DNA from: Reclinomonas americana ATCC 50394
Lineage: Eukaryota
Length of the DNA stretch: 60,251 nucleotides
Reading direction: 5' to 3'
Assembly: GCA_048213135.1 (NCBI GenBank)
Contig: PS015020.1
Location: 636,055 to 696,305, forward strand
In this document: positions 41,410-53,661 of the stretch, in pieces
How the letters are laid out: every line of letters starts with the position of its first letter
How positions within the stretch are numbered: position 1 is the first letter of the stretch
Program-made: the position numbers and the translations under genes
Notes under the pieces: model-generated
Database searches by the model: none
Told to the model about the DNA's origin: nothing
The model's input: only the letters and a program-made list of their open reading frames with translations

Positions 41410-41584
41410 CGCGCATGAGTGAGACGTTCGACGTCGAGCTACTTGCAGCTATTACAAGAGCACGAGATGCTTTCAATGAAGAGTACGCAGTCAGTCGCAC
41501 GTGCAACAGCTGTGCTCCCCCACCGCTGCTTTGCCAGAGTGCATGTGCGCGGGACACTCAAAATATCTCTTTACTTTTTTTCTC

Positions 41585-44268
41585 ATGGCGACTCGACCAC
41601 TCGCTCTCCTCCTCCTTGCCTTCTCGCTGCTGCTCTCTATGGCTGCTGCAGATGTGCTTGTCGACAATGGAGAGGACGTGACGCAGCTGGTCATTCGTGT
41701 CTGCTACGATCCGAGGGTATGCAAAGAACAACCACGAACTCACTCACTCACTCACTCACTCTCACTCCCTTCCTCCCTCCCTCCCTCCCTCCCTCCCTCA
41801 CTCCCTCACTCGCTCACTCACTCATTCACTCACTCTCTCTCTCTCTCTCTCACTCTCTCACTCACTCTCTCTCACTCGCTCGCTCTCTCTCTCTCTCTCA
41901 CTCCCTCTCTCACTCACTCCCTTCCCCTTTTCCCCTTACTTCCCCCCTCCTTCATTCTTCTCATTATGATTGCTCGTGTCCGCCATTCATTCATTTCCCC
42001 TCCGACAGTCCACCAGTGACATGTTTCTCCGCGGTGACGGCCTCGGTCTCTCGTGGACAGTCGGCACTCGCATGACTCCGCTCTCGTCGCATAAGGGCTG
42101 CTGGGCACTGTCGTTTTCGGTGCCGACCTCGGCGGCGGGCACTGTGCTGTCGGTCAAGGCGCTGCTTGATGACAGCACGTGGCAGACGGGGCCGAACTCG
42201 CTGATTCTGATGCGCGTGGAGGGTGCCTTCTCGATCACGCTGTATCCGTCGTTCTTCACGTTGAAGGGGAGGTGAGTGGGAATGGGGAAAGGGGGGAGGG
42301 GGGAAAGAGGGAAAGGGGGAGGGAGGAAAGAAGAAACAGGAATGCAAGACAGCAGAGACGAATGCTCGAGGAAGGACAGCAGCAAACAAGCACGCGAAAA
42401 GAGTCCGAGAGGAGGAGAGATGAGCAGAACATGGAAGCAAGCGCAAGGGAGCAGTAATTCAATCAGCACGCGAAAGGAGTCGTAATGCAAGCGAAGCGGG
42501 CTGAGAAGAAGAGAAGAGAGCAGCAAGAAATGCATGCAGCAAACCGTGAGAGATGCGAGGCATCCGGTGAACGCGAGGGATAGTAAATGCTGCTAGATGT
42601 CAGCAACAAGAAGACGAGAGACGAGCGGAGCAAGGGAGGGAAAGAAGTATTCAAGGCCGCAACCAAGAGCACGAAAAGCGGGCTGAGCGAAGAGAGGAAG
42701 GCCAAGAAGTGCAACACATGGAGAAAGCGAACCAAGAGATGTGCAACATGAAGCGGAGAGTGCAGACGGAGGCAAGCATGCGGCATGAGACACGAAGGAA
42801 AGGAAGCATGTGTATCTCGCGCACGAGAGCGAGTACACAAGTGCCCTCTGACCATGAATTCCTTCTATCTTTCACTTTCTGCCTCCCTTTTCCCCTTCTC
42901 TCCTCCTTCCCCCTCATCCCCCCTCTCTGCCTCTGCACAGACTCGATCTCGTGGACGGCTTCTACTCGAAGCAGCTGAACAACACGCGGTCGATCATCTC
43001 GTACTTGCCGCCGAGCTGTGCGTTTCACCGTGCTGTCTCCATTCGTTGCCTGAGAATAACAATATTCATTGTGTGGTCTTGCTCACCCCAGACACCGAGA
43101 ACCCAAAGTCGGTGCGCATCCTGGCCACTCCCTTTCTCTTCCCCCTTTGTTGCTTAATCGTGGCGCGCAGGAAATTCGCCACGTCCTGTTCATGCACGAC
43201 GGACAGAACCTGTTCGACCCCTCCACCGCCTTCCTCGGTCAGGCGTGGATGTGCCAAGACACAGTCAATGACCAGTTTGTCCGCGGCAACATGGAGGAGG
43301 TGTGTGCCTTCAACCCGTGGACACTTTTTTTGCCATGACTTACCATCCATCCACTACCTGCAGGTCATGATTGTCGGCATTTACAACACGGCCGACCGCA
43401 TCGACGAGTACACGTACTCGTACGATAAGGTGCGTGTGCCTGCATTTGCTTCTCCGTGTGAAGCCACTCACCATCCCTCTCTCCTTCACCTTCCTGCAGT
43501 CGGTGCCCGGTGGCGGCAAGGCCGACGTCTACCTCAACTTCCTCGAACTCGAAATCCTCACGTATGTCAAGGTGCGTGTCTCTGAAACTGTTCTCCCCAC
43601 TCTCTCTCTCCCATCATCGTCTCCCGCAGATTAACTACCGCATCGCCGACACTGCCGACTTTGGCATGCTCGGGTCGTCGCTCGGTGGCCTCGTCAGCTG
43701 CTACGCTGGATGGACGCGCCCCGACCTCTACAGCAAGGTCGGTTGCATGAGCTCCAGCTTTTGGTGGAACGACGAGGACTTCAACGGCACCATCCTCAGG
43801 AAGCCCGTGCCGTTGCGTCTTCTCACCTGCTACCCTCCCACCCTGTCTCCTTTCTCCGCGCTGACATGTTGCCGCACACATCACAGCGTCGTGAAACCCA
43901 CCATTTACCTCGATTCGGGCGATGCTGGTCCCGACGACGACGACGTGACGCAGACGACGACTGTGTGGTTTGTGCATCGTGTGCACACACTCTCCCTCCC
44001 CCCTCTTCAAAGCTCATGGTTCTGGGTGCGCAGGCAACATCTGAAGCAACTCGGCTACACCGACGACAAGAACCTGTTGCACTACGTCGATCACGGTGGC
44101 CAGCACTCGGAAAAGTACTGGTGCGTTCCGAGAGGGAGAGCGCGCTCTCTCGCACGCAGTGCGTGGTTCTTACTCTAATCGACCTGTAGGGGTGCGCGCT
44201 TCTGGCACCCAATGACGTTCCTGTATGCGCCGACGCCGCAGGTGCCCTCCTCCGTCACCAACGAGTGA
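41585..44268 (+). CDS. Secreted alpha/beta-hydrolase (Fes/IroE-type putative esterase) with an N-terminal beta-rich domain; multi-exon
   Basis: Signal peptide, SKQLNNTRSIISYLPPSY, VLFMHDGQNLFD, nucleophile elbow GSSLGG, MSSSFWW, IYLDSGD, GGQHSEKYW. Confidence 0.88.
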
Positions 44269-44315
44269 TTCCCCCCTCGGACGCCATCAAACTGCGTAAT
44301 TGAATGAATCTCCCT

Positions 44316-46539
44316 TCACAACTTGGCTTTCGGGGCACCCAATCGCTGAGGCAGTACGTCAATGGCTCGCCCCAGAGCCCGATACTGCTGCATGCTGTTG
44401 TAAATGTGCGCCGAGATGCGCACGTACAGCTGTTCGTCGAGACACTTGATCGGCACCTCGATGCGACACACGTAGTGCAGATAGTCCTGCACCACCTTGG
44501 CGTCGGTCGATGTCGCTCCGCGTTGCCCTGTCGTGCGGTGAATGAGACTGTCGGGCGAGAGACACTGCAATAGTGGCACGCACCGTGACTGGAGTTGCCG
44601 TGTGTCGCATCACACTGGATAAAGCCAAAGTGTCACTCCACCATGACATCAAAGAAAAAACTCAAGGTGTGCGTATCGATGCACCAACTCACCCACTGCT
44701 TCACAAAACGAACGACATTGTCGGGCAGGCGCACACACGCCATGTTGGCCACCATGGACAGGGGGGCCACAAGACCCGATGACCACTGCCGACTCAACAT
44801 GGTGGCGGCCTCCGACACGAGCCGATTGGCAAACGCTCGCGCACGCTCCAGACCACCCAGTGACTCCCAGAAGCGCACGGCGGCCGGCAGCGACAAAGCA
44901 GCACTGTAGTCACGGCAGCCGTCCCATATGAATCCAGACAGGAAGCCGGCGCCGTAGCCGTGCTGCGGGGCGGTAGGAGATGATGAGCTCGCATCGCGAT
45001 GATTTCTGTAATCTCTTGCTGTGCAAACGAACCGAGATGATGAGCGGCTTCACCGCGGCTTGGTGGTGCGTCGGCACCCACATAAACGCGCATCCTTTCG
45101 GTGTGCAGAACCACTTGTGGCAGTTGCCGCAGTACACATCGGCGTCGATTTCCGACAGCGACAAGTCGCGAATGCTGCCGAGAGCGTGCGCGCCGTCCAC
45201 AATCACCTGGCAGATGCGTGAGATGAGGGAGCCACACAGAAGGGCGGTATGCCGACAGACCTTGCATCCGTGCTTGCGACACACGCGCACCAACTCACGC
45301 ACAGGCAACACAAAGCCGGCGTTGCTGGTGATATGATCCACCACAAAGAGACGAATATTCGGATGCTTCGCAAAGGCCTCCTCCACACGCGACACCAACA
45401 TAGCAGCGTCATCGATCGGCAACGCAATGCCGATCTCCACATACGCCGCTCCACAGTCGACACAGTGCTGCTGCATGAGCTTCTTCACCGATCCTGTCCT
45501 CGGCCTCGCACGCGTGAGCTAACGCAACGAGAGACCGTGGACGGAGAGCGTCTCTTACCGTAGCCAATGGACAGCGCAGCACCGGCCTCGCCGGGCTTGA
45601 GAGGAAACGCCCGCACGGCACAATTCACACCAGTGGTGGCATTCGGGACCAGTGCCAGCTCCGACGGAGCCGCATGCAACAGCGGTGCAAGTGCGCGGAT
45701 AGAGTGGACGAGATGTGGGAAGAGCTCACGGTCGTAGAAGCTGCGACAACGCGAAGGAGGCGATCAGAAGGACGAGAGGGAGGGAGGGAGGAGGAGGAGG
45801 AGGCGGAGGCGGAGGCGGAGGAGGAGGAGGAGGGGAAGGAGGAGGAGGAGAAGAAGAAGAAGAAGGAGAAGAAGATCATGAAGAAGAAGAGGAGAAGGAG
45901 AAGGAGAAGAAGAAGAACAACAACAACAACAACAACAACAAGAAGAAGAAGAAGAAGAAGAAGAAGAAGAAGAAGAAGAAGAAGGACGAGGAGGAGAAGA
46001 AGAAGGACGAGGAGGAGAAGAAGAAGAAGAAGAAGGAGGAGGAGGAGGCAGGGGAGGAGGAGAAGAACAGGTGAATCAAGCAGTACCGCAATGGTTGCGC
46101 CTCGCAGTGTCGTTGCCACTGCACAGCCACATCCCAGATATCACGTGCAGCTGCCCCGAACGCTCCATGATTGATAAAAGTCCACACAGACGAGTCAATG
46201 AGGAACAAGCGTTGTGCTGCTCCACTCCCGAAGGCCACTCTACGCGCTGTGCATGTGAGCAGCTCACAGAGAGCGAGAGAGACACAGAGAGAAGAGGCGC
46301 AACAGAGGCTTGACAGTGGAGGAGCAACGAGAACGCGAGTCCACTGTAAAGGGCGTTGGTGGAGGCGAGTAAGCAGTCGGGTCGAGGCGAATGAGGTCTT
46401 CCACATTGTCGGAGTGGAACGATCCGAAGCCGCGATATCCACCGGCGCCGACGGGTGCAGCAGCTAGCGGAGGCGATGATAAGTGCAGGAGAATGGCAGG
46501 TGAGGGGGAGGAAAAACAGACGCAACGAGGAGAGGTCAT
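44316..46539 (-). CDS. Class V PLP-dependent enzyme (L-cysteine desulfhydrase / isopenicillin N epimerase / Egt2-like) with C-terminal AKL
   Basis: FINHGAFGA, VPNATTGVN, DHITSN, VDGAHALG, PLP lysine in GNCHKWFCTPKGCAF, PLIISHGYG, WDGCRDYS, YVRISAHIYN; ends APKAKL*. Confidence 0.88.
45775..46066. repeat. Intronic purine-rich compound trinucleotide tract (GAG/AAG/AAC)n
   Basis: Direct reading; it lies within an intron of the class V PLP gene. Confidence 0.95.
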
Positions 46540-46713
46540 TCTCGAGATCAATGAAATCGGACTTCGGAGGACAGAGAAGGAGAGATGCATCTGCACAGCT
46601 TCGTGTATACAAGACGATGTTCTCCTTTCGCAACACAACTCGGATCGCATCACAATTCACGCATTCCTTCATTCGTTCAACCGTTCGTAGTCGCTGCTGC
46701 TGCGACAAAGTTT

Positions 46714-48275
46714 TCAATAGTATCGGAACTCGAAGCGAGACAGCAGCTGCGGGATGGCGGCGATGCGGTTGCCGAACTGCCGGTGATTGTCGTGCAGGTC
46801 GATCAGTGGCACCGCCAGCAGCTCCCAGTTGCTGGCCACCGCAAAGTTGCCTGTCAATGTGCGTGCGTGAGAGGCTGGAGAGCAGGGGAAGAGACGGTGG
46901 CGTCGAGCGCAACATTTTTCTGGTAGCGTGACGCAGTACATGCGACAGCACTCCTTGTGACGCGCAATGTGTGGCAGGCGATACGGATACTGTGGTGAGA
47001 GACAAGAGAAGTGGCGACATGAGCGCTCCAAGGTCGACGCAGTGCCATGAACACCACCACGTTGCTCTGTTGCGTTCTCTCACACACCGCTACCTTCACT
47101 CGTATCGCCTCCGAGCTGGACTACTACTTTCTCGACTTCAACTCTCCATACTGCGCTGCATTTTCCCTCTTTCAATGCAACTACGAGCTGCACGATCGCC
47201 ACGGTTGTCGCCTGCAGGTTTCCAGATCCAACACAGTGCTCTCAGCTTCCTTCACATCTGCTCTTGACTGCCGTACGCTCTTTTCGCCTTCTGCAACTAC
47301 GAGCTGCACGATCGCCACGGTTGCTTCCAGATCCCAAGCACCACCTGCGCTCTGCTTCCTTGCACACCTGCGCTTGACTACCGTGCGCCAAGTACAACTA
47401 CGATGCTCTGACTTCTTCTCTCACACAGCTGCACGGTCGCCACGCTCATCGCCTGCTGCTTATGATCCATAAGTACCACCTCAGTACTCTGTCACCTTGC
47501 TCTATCGCCTCTCCCAACCTTCCCCTCCCTCCCTCCCCTCCCCCTTTCACCCCTCCTCACACACCATCACCGGCGTAAAGTGCGGCCGCCACCACTCCGC
47601 CACCAACTCGCCAACCGTCCACTGCGGCGCCAAGTCACCCTCCGGCAACGCCAATCGCCGCCGCAGCTTTCCCAACAGCCCTTCCTCGTCCGACAAGCCC
47701 GGACGCACCCGACCACCAGGTCTGCCACACACCTCGTAATAAACACAAAGAGACAACGACTATCACAGACACAATCACCACATACAGACGCAACAGCTCA
47801 TAGTGCGATCGCCCGATGCGCAAGAGCAGAATGTGTGGTGTTCTGCATGACACGCCAGAGAGTGAGAGAGAGTGAGAGACAGAGAGAGCACAATGCAGCG
47901 CGAAACTCATGCTGATGCACGAGGAGAATGCCTTCCACTGAGCGTCGCAGTCCTTCTCTTTGAAACTTGGTCTCCTGAGACACCAATCAGTGACTGAGTA
48001 CTCACTCAATCACTCTCACTCCATCTCTCACTCACATACGAGGCAAATCGATCCTGCACTGTTCTCGACTTCTCCATGTGCTTATCCTTCACATGAATGC
48101 TGTAGTTATCCTGCGGATAGAGTGCCACAATCGGTCGTTCCACCGACGCCATCAGTGCCTCCTCTGTGTCCTCTGCAATCGCCTCTGCTGCAGCCACAGA
48201 CTGCGCAGCCTCGGCCGCCTGCTGCTGTTGCTGTTGTCGCAGGTCTTGTGCAAGGTCTCCCAGGAAGAATGACAT
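46714..48275 (-). CDS. NUDT21: Divergent cleavage factor Im 25-kDa subunit (Nudix fold); multi-exon
   Basis: LYPQDNY...EKSRTVQDRF, GLRRSVEGILLVHQH, PHILLL...ELPGG, WWRPHF...YPY..PHI...KE, VPLIDLHDN...FG..IAAIPQLLSRFEF, collinear with CFIm25. Confidence 0.85.
47170..47490. repeat. Degenerate tandem repeat of about 115 bp (about 3 copies) in a CFIm25 intron
   Basis: tgcaactacgagctgcacgatcgccacggttg at about 47177 and 47292, with a decayed third copy at about 47394-47445. Confidence 0.8.
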
Positions 48276-48717
48276 TCGTTGGTGCACTACATGCAGGACT
48301 GACGACGTTTTGCGCGCGAGGGTTGCTCCTGGCAGAGTGTCTTGCAAAGTGCGTTGTTGTCTATCCTCTTCTGAACCCCACTTGCGAGGACGTAGCCCAT
48401 CGATATCCTTGATTGCAAGACAACTGCAAGCTGAAGGTTTGAAGCTGCCACAGCAACGTGTCGCTTTGATCGCGAGCTCATGCAGCATGCTTACTTCCAA
48501 GTGGCCCAACTGTGAACATCTTGAGCCACACTGTGCTGATCCGGACGTCGAGCTCATGCAGCAAGCATTTTGCGATGGCGCAGCGGTGCCTGGCGGGTCC
48601 AATTGCTGATCCCGAATGCTGTCAAGTTCCCAGCGACCAAACGTGTGCTGATCCCTATCGCGTTGTGTGATCCAGCAAGCCAACCAACCATCGACTCGAG
48701 TTGAACGACTTTCTTGT

Positions 48718-50671
48718 TTATGAGAGGCAGTCACACCATGCCACTGCGTTCTGCGTGACGCCACACAAAATTGCACGCGTGTCGGCGTGCACCGTCGCGC
48801 ATGTGCCGTGCGATGGCAAGTCGATGGAGCTGCATGGTAAGAAAAGGTGGGCGCGAAGAGAGACACGAGTTGCCAGCGCAGCACGCAACATTTTGGTCCA
48901 CTGCAGCGCGCCACCCGCCACCATGCGTGCAAACTGCAAACTCGGGCGGTGAATGGACGGCACCAGCACCACACTCTCTTCTTCCATCACCGCCATGGAG
49001 CGACGAGTGACGGAGGGAGCCTTGGGGACGCCGGCCAGTAGACCTGCGCCAGCCAACAAGAAAGTGAGTGGGATCGACGCACACGAGAGAACACGAGGCT
49101 ACACGCAACTCTGCTCGACAAACAGCTCCACATCCGGTGGCGGCTCTGGTGGCGGACACAGCGACAATGCCTGGTGGCCCGTCAGATCGAGAGAGCACAG
49201 TGCGCCACTATCCGTCTGCGTCAATCCTCTGTCAGCACGCACTCACACGAGGGGCGCAAGAGACAAGCGACGCACATCAACAATCACGTGCGTCTCCGGG
49301 AATTGCGGGTGGAAGCGGAGGCAGCGCACGCCCCAGGCCGAGGTGGGAGCACCCACGGCAAAATCGACAGCCGACGCCATCTCCGCGGAGAAGTTGATGC
49401 GCGGCGCCAGTGCTGAGAGCGAGTGTGCACGAATTGGTTCCGGCATACCGCGCATGTCCACGACGCCGACACTGCCGTTCTCGGTGCCATACACGGCGCA
49501 GTTGCCGTCCGACGCCAGCTGCGACACGAATCAATCGCACACACACAAAAGTAGTCCACGAGGGCACGACATTACCTCGAGCGCACTAATGGACACCGAG
49601 GTCCGCGAGATACCAATGGTGCGCTCCGGATGCCGCTTCGCACGCAAGTCCCACATGTACAGACGACCGTCCTTGCCGCCGACCATCAAGCAGCCGGCGT
49701 GTTCTGCACGAAAAAAGTCAACCTTTCCACCCATTCTTCGCACTCGCTCTTCTTCACGCAACGAGGCACAAAGGCGACGTCGCACAGGCCGAGAATGCGC
49801 GTGCTGGAGGTCAGCTCGGTGAGCGGGCGTCGCTCGTACGTCTCCAGATCGTACAGCAGCACCTCGCTCGAGATACCCGACGAGCACGCAATCACATTCT
49901 GGTTCATGGGATCCCACTTGACACAGCGTGGCCGGAACTGCGCCCCAGCCGGACTGCACTGACTGCACAAGAAACGCACATAAGAGGCCGCACGACGAAC
50001 GCCGTGGCGGAGGGGGGAGGGGGCCACGCAACGTGCGCACGCGAACCACCTCGGCCGCCTCCCGATCCAACTGCACCTCCTGATCGGTGGAGTCGCGAAA
50101 GCGTCGAAAGTCGCACACCGACACGAACCCAGAGGTCGACGAGGCCGCAAAGAGGTGGTTGACTGCGTCCAGCTCGATCGCCGACACGTACTGACTGCAA
50201 TCACCAGAGAGAAGATCGGAACAACTGCCTTGCAAACACAGTCAGGAGGCACTCGCTCGCTCACCCTCTCCACTCTGAGCGCCCTTCCAATCGCGCGGTT
50301 CCACACTGTGCGCCAGCGATCATTCAGCGCTCTCTCATCTCTCTCACTCATTCACTCTCAGAGAGAGACAACTGACTGACCAGTGCATAAGAGTCCACGA
50401 TCGTGGCGGAGAGCCATCGCTGCGCACTGAGAGCATGCCGCCTGCTGTGTCGCATGGTCGCACAGGAGGAGCGCAGAGAGAGTGCGTGACACACATTGTG
50501 ACAGCGGAATGCGTCAAGGGGTTTGCGATGAACTCTACTGCTGCTATTGACTTGTTCGTTCTTCTCCTCTGACTCTTCCACTTCCTCTACTTCTTCCTCG
50601 TCTTCTGCCTCCGCTGGCTGCTCAGTTCCGTGAGAGGCGCACAGCTTGAGAGGAATAACAAAACGATCCAT
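48718..50671 (-). CDS. WD40-repeat protein; multi-exon
   Basis: VSAIELD...LFAASSTSGFVSVCDF, CVKWDPMNQNVIAC...VLLYDLE, VGGKDGRLYMWDLR, GTENGSVGVVDMR. Confidence 0.75.
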
Positions 50672-50742
50672 TCTTCTCACGAATGCGTGTACAAAATAAC
50701 AAAAGGAGGACAACTGCGTGTCTGCTGGTGACGTCGGGCTCG

Positions 50743-53347
50743 TCAGTGCTTGAGGAAGCGAATACCAAAGTAGGCCAGCGTGCGCATGAAGATGATGAGG
50801 GCGAGCAGAACACCGATGCAGCCACCGATTGTGATGTAGTTGAGACCGAGAGTGGCAATGGTCTGGTTGCCCGAGGTGATGGGGCAGGCGCCGTTCACCA
50901 GCTGCGACGGAGTGCACACGATGGGCAGGTCCTGCAGCTCATTCAGCCCGATGCCCACGTACGAGTACCTGTGCGATGTGTCAGCAGCACGACACGAGCA
51001 AGAAGTTGGGAGTGGGTGAGCAACTTGAACAGGCTCAGTGCGTCCAGCCACGAAAAGTACTTCGGCAGGCTGGCTGGCGACAAGAAGAAGCCACCAAAGA
51101 GGCGACAAATCTGTTTCACACTCAATGATCAGCGACAGCGACACTCGACAAACAAGACAGTGCACACACCTCAAAGTACATGGGCAGCACAGCCATCGAC
51201 GCCGACGTCGTGCGGCACAGCGCCGAGACGGCAAGCGCCAGCGAGGTGGCGGCCAGCGAGCACAGTACCATGAAGAACATGAAGAGGAAGAAGTTGCCGG
51301 CACCGGCACGCAGACCCGCCATCCAGTACACAATGATACTGAAGGTGATCTGCAAGAGACGATATTCAGAACAACACGACTCTCCTCCCTCCTCCCTGCG
51401 TGTCGCCACTCACCGGTGTAAACACCTGCATCACCAGCTCGGCCGACATCTTGGCACAAAAATAGGCCGACGCCTTGTAGGTGCCGGCCAGACGCTCTCG
51501 CAACGACAGCACACGCTCGGCGGGGAACGAGTTGACGACAGCCAGTGACGACGACAGGCCCTGGTTGATGCAGCAGAAGAAGAGGAGTGGGTTGCGGCGG
51601 ACCACACTCGTCTGCGTGTTGCCGATTTGGAAAAAGACGCCGCCGATCAGCGCAGCGAGGATCATGTTCTGGCCCCAGGCGACGAGCAGATTGAATCGCA
51701 TGCGCCACTGTTCGCGTGCACACCGATTGAGCAGCGTCGAGAACTGCCGCCACCAGGTGGCACGCTGAGATTTCTTGTCAAGGCCGCTGTCGGTTGCCAC
51801 GTCGTCGACACCGGTGCCGGTGCCGCCCGGCGCCTCCAGGTCGTGCTTGGTCGACTGGTCGCCCGTCTGCGGCTGCTTGCCCGTGCGACCCTCGGCAAGG
51901 TGAGAACCCACCGACAGGTCCACGTCTGGCATCACCAGCAGGCTGCGCAGGCGGGCCTCATTGTCGGCGGCCACTCGGCGCGCCGCAACCGGGTCCGTCT
52001 GCAACAGCTCCAAATCCGGCGAGATGACGTCCATCAAGTGATCGGCCGGGTTGCAGAACGGCGGCAGCGGGAAGCCAGCGTGTGCGTAGTAGTTCATGGC
52101 CTCGCTGGCGGGGCCCTGGTACACGGTCTCGCCATGATTGAGCAAGATGACCGTGTCTGGCGCACACATGCGCACCCAGCACAACGACAACAAAAAATAT
52201 CGACGAAACACAAGTCAGCCACACAGTACGCAGTCGCGCGCCATCCTCATTGGCACACGCACACGCACACAAAGCAAAGCACGCACGCACCAAACATCTC
52301 AAAAATTCTGGCCTGCGGCTGGTGAATGGAGATGAGCACCGTGCAGATGCGCTGATCGGCGAGTGCGCGCAAATAAGTGCACACGGAGAGCGCCGTCACC
52401 GAGTCGAGACCCGAGGTCGGCTCGTCGATGAATAGCATCGACGGGCTGCACAGCAGCTCCATGGCCACACACAGACGCTTCCGCTCACCACCGGAGATGC
52501 CCTTGCGCAGCGCACCGCCGACAATCGTGTGACGAGTGTGCGTCAGACCCATTTGCTGCAGCACGGCACTGACGCGCCGCTCCAACTCCTCCTGCGACGT
52601 GGAGCTGGCGAGACGCAGACGTGCCGTGTAGTACAGCGTCTCCTCCACCGTGAGGTTGCCGTTGAGCAGATCCTGCTGCATGACGTAGCCGGCGGCGACC
52701 TTCAAGTCGGCCAGCGAGTATCGCTCGCCATTCAGACGCATCTCGCCCTCGTACGAGATGTGGCGATCCAGGCGGCACGCCAGCGTCGACAGCAGCATGC
52801 TCTTGCCGGAGCCACTGGGCCCGAGAATCGCCGCAAAGCCACCAGGGAGCTGACACGAGCTGTTGTTGACCAGCGTCTTGCGCGTTCCATCGCGTTTGCG
52901 CGACTCGGTAAACACCGTCAGGTTCTTCCACGAGAGCACACACGGCGGCGCATGCGGCAGCTCCGCCATCTGCGTCACAGTGTGCTTATCCGGCAACGAC
53001 TCGGTCGCCGTCACCGCCATGAGCTCGCCCGGCGCAAGCGCCGAGTGACCCGCCATCCGCGAGCCCGAGCGCCCGCGACCAGTCACCACCGCCTCCTCGG
53101 CCTCGTCCAGTGGCAACATGCGCGACCCCGAGCGCGGACGACCCACCAGTGGCACAGCTGATGCACTGCCTCCACCTGCTGCTGCAGCAGTGGTCGCCGA
53201 GGAATCCGCAGTGGCGACCTCGGGGTAGCGACGAGTGGAGGCTGCGCGTGGTCGCGGGTCGACCAGAGAGCGCGCGGCCGCCGAGGGTGTGTCAAAGTCA
53301 ATCGAGTTCGAGTTGGGAAGACCTCCACTGCTCTCCGCGTCCGTCAT
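50743..53347 (-). CDS. ABCG (White-like) half-transporter, tandem paralogue 1
   Basis: Walker A GPSGSGKS, Q-loop YVMQQD, signature GISGGERKR, Walker B FIDEPTSGLD, SIHQP, FCNPADHLMD, FPAERVLSLRER, then the TMD; ends FLKH*. Confidence 0.95.
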
Positions 53348-53661
53348 GATGATTGATAAAGTATGTGCGTGCATGTGTGCGCCTGGTGCTCACACTAGCA
53401 CGCACCCCATCAGCACCGTTGGCGCAACTCCCTTTTCCGAGGTGCGCGCGCACCCTTTGGTGTTGCTCGTTGTTCAATGAACACACTGAGTGCGCACTCG
53501 CAAGTCATGACGAATGGTGATGCGCACACGCGCGCGAGGAGAGTGCATCATGACTGCAACAGATCCATCAACAAAGTGGACGTCAAAGTGACTCTGCGTT
53601 TGCCTCGCTCAAAGAAACAATGTAAATGCAAATTGCAGAGAGTACAAAGTTGTCCACTGAC

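Noticed and set aside
45625-46174. Poly-Leu, poly-Arg and poly-Lys ORFs (also poly-Val/Thr/Cys at 2899-3322, and ER/SL/HT repeat ORFs elsewhere)
   Set aside because: They are translations of intronic microsatellites.
47170-47490. Repeat-spacer-like pattern suggesting a CRISPR array
   Set aside because: The intervening segments resemble each other, the copies are degenerate, it lies in a eukaryotic intron and there are no cas genes.
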